The position numbers and the translations under genes were made by a program. Shown here in pieces: positions 22,086 to 64,000 of a stretch of DNA of 64,000 nucleotides (its first letter is position 1; every line of letters starts with the position of its first letter). The DNA is from Antedon mediterranea (Eukaryota > Animalia > Echinodermata). A model generated the notes under the pieces. The model made no database searches. It was not told the DNA's origin and saw only the letters and a program-made list of their open reading frames with translations. Where the stretch lies: contig NC_092674.1 in assembly GCF_964355755.1 (NCBI RefSeq), positions 9,114,001 to 9,178,000 on the forward strand, written 5' to 3'.

Positions 22086-24818
22086 GTTTGTTTCTTATCT
22101 GCCTGTTCTTTGCTTGGCAAAGAACAGCTCAGTTTAGCAAATTAACGATGATACTCGGCGAAAAATCTCCTGAAAGTAGTTTTTGTGAAATTATTTAGTA
22201 ATCTTTTTGATCAAACTACCACCATCTTTCGCCTAGAACTGGGATCGCGGGGACAGCTTCGCCGAAACAATTTCTGCAAGTGGGATAGCCCAGATTTCGC
22301 GTATTGATTCTATGGAGCCTAATCACTCAGTTCCAAAAACATTCACACTTTAATAAACAGTGAATGTTTGTAGCATTCTTCTACTTTTCATGTAAAAGGG
22401 CAATTTTAAGCACTCGATAAAATAAATATTCAAGTCTATTGCTACCTCAACGCAGATTGTTGGTACTATATTGTGATGGCGAAGTTGGGAAAGTCTAATC
22501 ACCGTTAAACCAATTCCATACGCCTGGCATACAGAACAGAAGGTCAAAACTTACCGGGGAATCTGAAGCCAGTGATTTGATGAAAGTTGACACAAAAGGT
22601 TGAGAGAATTGCAAAGAAAAGTTACAGGGCGTGTCTGCTAAACAGCTGTCTGGTCAAATTCCTCGCCAATGAGCCATGGTAGAAACTGAGACGAACTTGA
22701 TTATTTTCTTTTCTTCACAAGACATTTTATGAGCAACCATGTAAAAATATCCATCGCCTCAACGCCCAAATTAATACTGTTGAAAATTTCTCAACAGTAA
22801 TTTGACCGTCAAAACACTATAGGCCTAAGATGCTATTTTTTACCACCTCCATACTGTAGTAAAAGCAACTGTTTGAATCCATTACATGTTCTGATTTCTG
22901 TTCTTATTAATAAAAATTACCCACTGTATAAATCCTGAAAGATTGTTTGTTTTCTTGTGTTCCTTTATGTTTATTTCATTAACCACCATTAATTGTAGGC
23001 CTATTGTTCATGTTACGTAACTTGTTTATTTCTAGGCTTCCCTACCCTTATTTTTACGGTCTGTATCTTTTGTTTTGGCTTGTTTACGCTATAGACCAAA
23101 AAGAAATGTGTAGGCCTATAATAGTAAAGTAGAGATATGATAATAGCCATGACAGATAGATGCTGCAATGTAATTTTGTTTTTATTTCTACGTAAAAATT
23201 GTACATATACCAAAAAACAAACCGATATTTTTTTAATCAAATTTTCGTTTTTCATGAAGGTAACGCACGAAACGTTTCGTGCGTTACCTTCATGAAAAAC
23301 GAAAATTTGATTTCAAAAATATTTTGGGAAGGAGATGAATTTTTTCAATTTCAAACGATATGTTTACATGAGAGTGCATAAATATAATTACTCAATTCAA
23401 GTCCTACGCAAAGTTTGTATAAGCACAATAAAGTACCGAACTTAGGAAGTTATAGGTAGCACAACCCATGAAATGGGATCAAGCAACTTATATCACGGAA
23501 TATTTGACTAATTTAGGATAATTACTTCCCAAACGACATTTTGGTTTCCCTTTACTCGTGAGAAAGTTTTGTCAGACGATCAAATTATATACGTGATTGA
23601 AGTTCCATAATAAATGTATGATTCTTATCAGTTTTAATTGTTTAAATAGGAACAATTCTTACTTTTTAACCTTTTGACCGATAACGTTTTCCGACGTGTT
23701 TAGACTGTGGAGGTACACCAATAATATAAGGTGCCAACTCTACGGAGGCTTTGGTATCTATAAGACCATTTCTGTAGTATTGTTTACCATGATTTTTCTG
23801 ATGCGGACACATTAAAGACACATAAAGATTGATAAAATATATTTCTTTTTTCTTTCTTTTTATATATATTTTTTTTATTTATGGCCACTGTATTGTACCT
23901 TCAAGTTGAAATTACGACATTTTGATAAACCAGTTTCCAATAGGCTTCAAGTTCCACACTACAGTGCCGGTAAACCATGGAAGTTGCCGGTGCCGGTACT
24001 TATTAGTAAATATGTTTTATTTATCACCTACACATATGGGCTTTCATGTTATTGTTTAAGAGATATAAGTGCAGTCCTGTGTAAATCATATAGAAAAAAA
24101 AAACGAGAGTTTCGAAATATCACCGGGAATGTCTGATGCGCTCCTCCATAATAAGCGAACTGGATTAATAAATAATTTGGTAAAATATAAATGAGTTTAT
24201 TAAGCAAACAGTACACTATTATTAATAAATATTTAAATATTGAAACATATGTTACACATCTTTTAGATATACAGCGCGATAAAACCATTTGAAACGAAAG
24301 AAACCAATAATTATTTTATTGTATAGTCTGAAATCGTGTTAAATCATCAACCAAAGATTGTTTCTAGCTGTGTTGGAGTGCTGGGTTTGTGTTTGTGGTG
24401 TTGACGCAAATATACAATTTGGGTTCGAAACTGTAATTAATACGGTACAGAGTCAAAACAAAGACCGAACCAAATTAGTGCTGATTAAATGTCAAATCTC
24501 GTTACTTGAGAACTATTGGCTCCACCTACTTTTGTAGCTAGCAGAGTCGATTTCATCGCGAAATTTGGATCTTCGCTAGCGAATTTGCCGACCTAGGCTT
24601 TTGGCATTTTCTACCCCGATTACAGAAAATTATAACAATTTTCTATTGAAAACAGGGGAATTTAGCGTAGATAGCAACAGCCTAGAAGATCTAGATTCCG
24701 TTTATCTGTCTTTCTTTTACTTCGGATAGTTTATTTTATCGCGAATCGATTAAGTTCGGGTACATGTTCGTCCAGCCCGCGCGGTAAACCAAGAAACCGC
24801 CGAAGGAAGGATTAAGGA
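22086..24818. promoter_or_regulatory. Shared bidirectional promoter and 5' UTR interval between divergent collagen IV genes (2.7 kb ATG to ATG)
   Basis: Divergent start codons; CpG-richer patches at both ends; CCAAT motifs near 22666, 24303 and 24515; GGGCGTG near 22627; TSSs cannot be determined from sequence. Confidence 0.6.
23235..23312. repeat. Perfect 78-bp palindrome with no spacer
   Basis: AATCAAATTTTCGTTTTTCATGAAGGTAACGCACGAAAC|GTTTCGTGCGTTACCTTCATGAAAAACGAAAATTTGATT; extends to 23225-23322 with two mismatches. Confidence 0.95.
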
Positions 24819-61275
<36,457 letters not shown>

Positions 61276-62850
61276 TCTATTGTAAAATGGAGATTTCTTT
61301 AGATACCTATGCCAAACTTGAAAAAAACCTCAATATCATATTTTACAATAGCCAATTGCATTTTTTTAACAAAATTAATTTAGGTGATGCAGATACTGTG
61401 AGGTATACTCTAATGTGTATTATATAAAAATCAAAATTAATTTTCTTTTAAACATAATATTCAATTATGCAGTTTATACTGAAACCATAAAAAATTATAT
61501 TTACATTTTCATTACCAAGGCATATATTTAATTGGTTAAAAATTATTGATTCAAAATGTATGTACTGTATAATTTATAAGGTATAACATGTCTACATTTC
61601 CTGTTTTTGAAAATCAGTTAAGAAAAAAATGCATATTTTAGATAAATATTTTAGTAATGAATTTTAAATGTATCAACAGTATTCTTGTATGTAACCTAAA
61701 TTATCATTTATATTAATAGTGTAACATAGCAAATGTTTGACTTAGTACCAAATTATTTAGTTACTAGATTTAGAATTGCATTTATGATGTTTTAAATTTA
61801 TTATCACGCTTACATCAAAGACATTGTATTATCGTACTACTTTTTAGTTTCATTATGCACAAATCGTGCTTTTTATTCAGTTACTAAATTACTGTTGTAT
61901 CATGTAAATAGATTTGACGTTTTACATTTTCTATGCATTTAATTATTAAACACATAAGTAAAGCCACATTCACACTGAATGTCTGTTCAATTAGACTGGA
62001 ATTGCTCTTTATTCTCGATCAACTTAGCCGAGTTTTACAATCAGTTTGAAAGAGTGTAAATTGGCTCATGAAGAATGACCGAGCTAGTTTAATTGAGATG
62101 AAAAGTCCAATGCTAATAGCATAGGTTATTACTTAGTAACTTTGTTATATAGAAGTCACTACATATTGGCCACAGTAGTTTATTTTACAAAACCTCTGGG
62201 TTAGTCTGTCTGATTGTCGCTCTTTGGAAGACTAACCCAAGTGCCAACAGGCAGCAGACTTTACTTTTGTGACCAAAAAAAAAAACACAACTGGAAAACA
62301 CAACAAATGAAGAAGTTCCTCTTATAAATAATCATTTTAAACAATAACAGTTTTTTCAACAAAAAAAAGTCCTAATCAAAAATACATGTTTGTTTAACTA
62401 AATACTGTATAATTGTGTGGATTAATCAAAATATTTAAATAGATAACATAAGAAAACTATTTACCACATATTATTTTGAATCAACAGTAGTATAGGCACC
62501 ATACATTAAATTGGTAACAAACAACTATTTCACCAACTTAAATTGGCTCAATACTCACTAATAACTATCGCTTTTATTTATTATCAATAATGTGATGTTT
62601 GTCAACATAGGTTTAAAAATATACATACTGTATTCCAGGTTAAACATTGGTGCTATTTTATATAATGTCTTTTACTTCATTTAAACTTTTGAGTAAATAA
62701 TATATGCTGCATTCACTAGAATATGTAGAGGTAAAAATATGGAGAACTTGTCAAACTTAAATAAAAACAATACCATTTCATTTGTTTCTTATTTTGTACA
62801 TCACTTCATTGATGTTGGCCCTTAAATGATTTGAATGATCAGAGGAACAT

Positions 62851-62981
62851 CAATGGTGTAACGCAGAGACCGGAGGCCCTTGGCTTAGGGATCCAACGCT
62901 GGATGCCTCTGGCTTTTTTTCCTTTCTCGTAAGCTTTGGGGGCCTGGGTTTAGCCAGCGAGCACTCATAGTTATGCCACTG
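62851..62981. mobile_element. hAT-type MITE
   Basis: CAATGGTGTAAC...GTTATGCCACTG ends; 8-bp TSD AGGAACAT/AGGAACAG. Confidence 0.65.
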
Positions 62982-63289
62982 AGGAACAGTTTATATACCA
63001 ATTCATTCTAATATGGCATGTGGAATTCATCAAGACTGATGCACAAAACCAGAACTAAACATACTACTTATGGTAAAGTTGATTTGTAATTTACTACATG
63101 TATTATGGCGATTGAAAAAGGTACAGGAGCAACAAAGACCTTTTGGAGTGTCTAAGCATAGAGGATGGATAAAGTGATATTGGTAGAACACTATATACAG
63201 TAGACATACTGTTGGGCCTCAAAGATGTCAAGTACGTGGTTAGTACCTTGGTGCTTCCAAAAAAAATAAATAAATAAAAAGAGAAACAC

Positions 63290-63758
63290 TTATAATTATA
63301 TTTTGTTAAACTTTTATTTACAATTAGTCAACAGCCAGTGGTATGAATTTCTAATGTTAAATACTCATTTTAAAGTAGCTGCTGTTTATGTCATCATCCA
63401 TATTGAAAATTGTTCTTGTCGCTGTGTACTGTAATGTATTTGTTAAAACACAAGATGGCGTAATTCTTCCATTAAACAAAAATTCTATGATCTTGACACC
63501 TTTTTCCCTTTATACGGATGAATAAATGCAGGACAAAGTTGTATTTTTTATTGAGAGTAGCGTACACTCCCAATTTGAAATTATTATTAAATCACAACTG
63601 GTGTTTATTATCTTGTTTTCCAATCCTTTACTCTGCAAAACATATGCAATCCATGCATCACTCAAACTTGAAAATACATACGGAAGTAGTTGTAAAATTT
63701 CTACAATTTAGGCAAACAAAAGAAACCTTTATTCAGCTTTCGGTAAAGCTTCCAATCC
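63290..63758 (-). other. Probable terminal exon of an unidentified convergent gene
   Basis: Strong acceptor (T/C)n-TTTTCAG on the - strand at 63759-63779, short coding tail (phase 0 GLEALPKAE*), AATAAA at 63313-63318 with downstream T-rich tract. Confidence 0.45.
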
Positions 63759-63855
63759 CTGAAAAGAAAAAAAAAAGAGATTAAATAATTTAATTCATAT
63801 AAATTATTGCTACAGTGCTACAATAAGCAATAATATAACATCCTTCGAAACCTAA

Positions 63856-64000
63856 AGCTCTGTCTATACTATCAAACTTTATTTATGTGACAAAAAATGT
63901 ACTGTAATGCGCCCATTTATGGACATATAATGTCATATCATTACCATATTTAGGCATATCACTACCATATTTAGGCATATCACTACCATATTTAGGCATA
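63856..64000. mobile_element. PIF/Harbinger-type MITE left part with internal 21-bp minisatellite
   Basis: AGCTCTGTCTATACTATCAAACT then (CATATCACTACCATATTTAGG)x3+ from 63934 to the window end. Confidence 0.7.

Noticed and set aside
61945-61950. Poly(A) signal ATTAAA for the + collagen gene
   Set aside because: Plausible, but not distinguishable from chance in such AT-rich sequence without 3'-end data

Overview
AT-rich eukaryotic (invertebrate animal, plausibly a marine deuterostome such as an echinoderm; inference) genomic DNA. It is dominated by a head-to-head pair of type IV collagen genes. A complete 41-exon alpha2(IV)-like gene lies on the + strand (ATG 24819 to TGA 61275; my exon model sums to 5244 nt, about 1747 aa: signal peptide, 7S, interrupted Gly-X-Y helix, 12-Cys NC1). 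The first two coding exons of an alpha1(IV)-like partner lie on the - strand (22014-22085 signal peptide; 10520-10579 Cys-rich 7S start); both are too short for the ORF track, and the rest of that gene lies left of the window. The introns carry many mobile elements: a young intact Mag-type Ty3/Gypsy retrotransposon (identical 198-bp LTRs, 5-bp TSD), Rex/Babar LINE 3' ends, a foldback element, nested and mosaic Helentron/DINE-1-like elements, a Kolobok-like TTAA element, tRNA/Deu SINEs, MITEs and Penelope-like hammerhead relics. Less obvious signals are a perfect 78-bp palindrome in the shared promoter, a probable GC-AG or alternative donor, a Pro-poor helix, and what look like pervasive transposon-excision scars (TACAGTA/TACTGTA, TAGGCCTA, and 20-40-bp palindromes with 7-8-bp TSDs). 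All coordinates and counts were made by eye; no database search was run.
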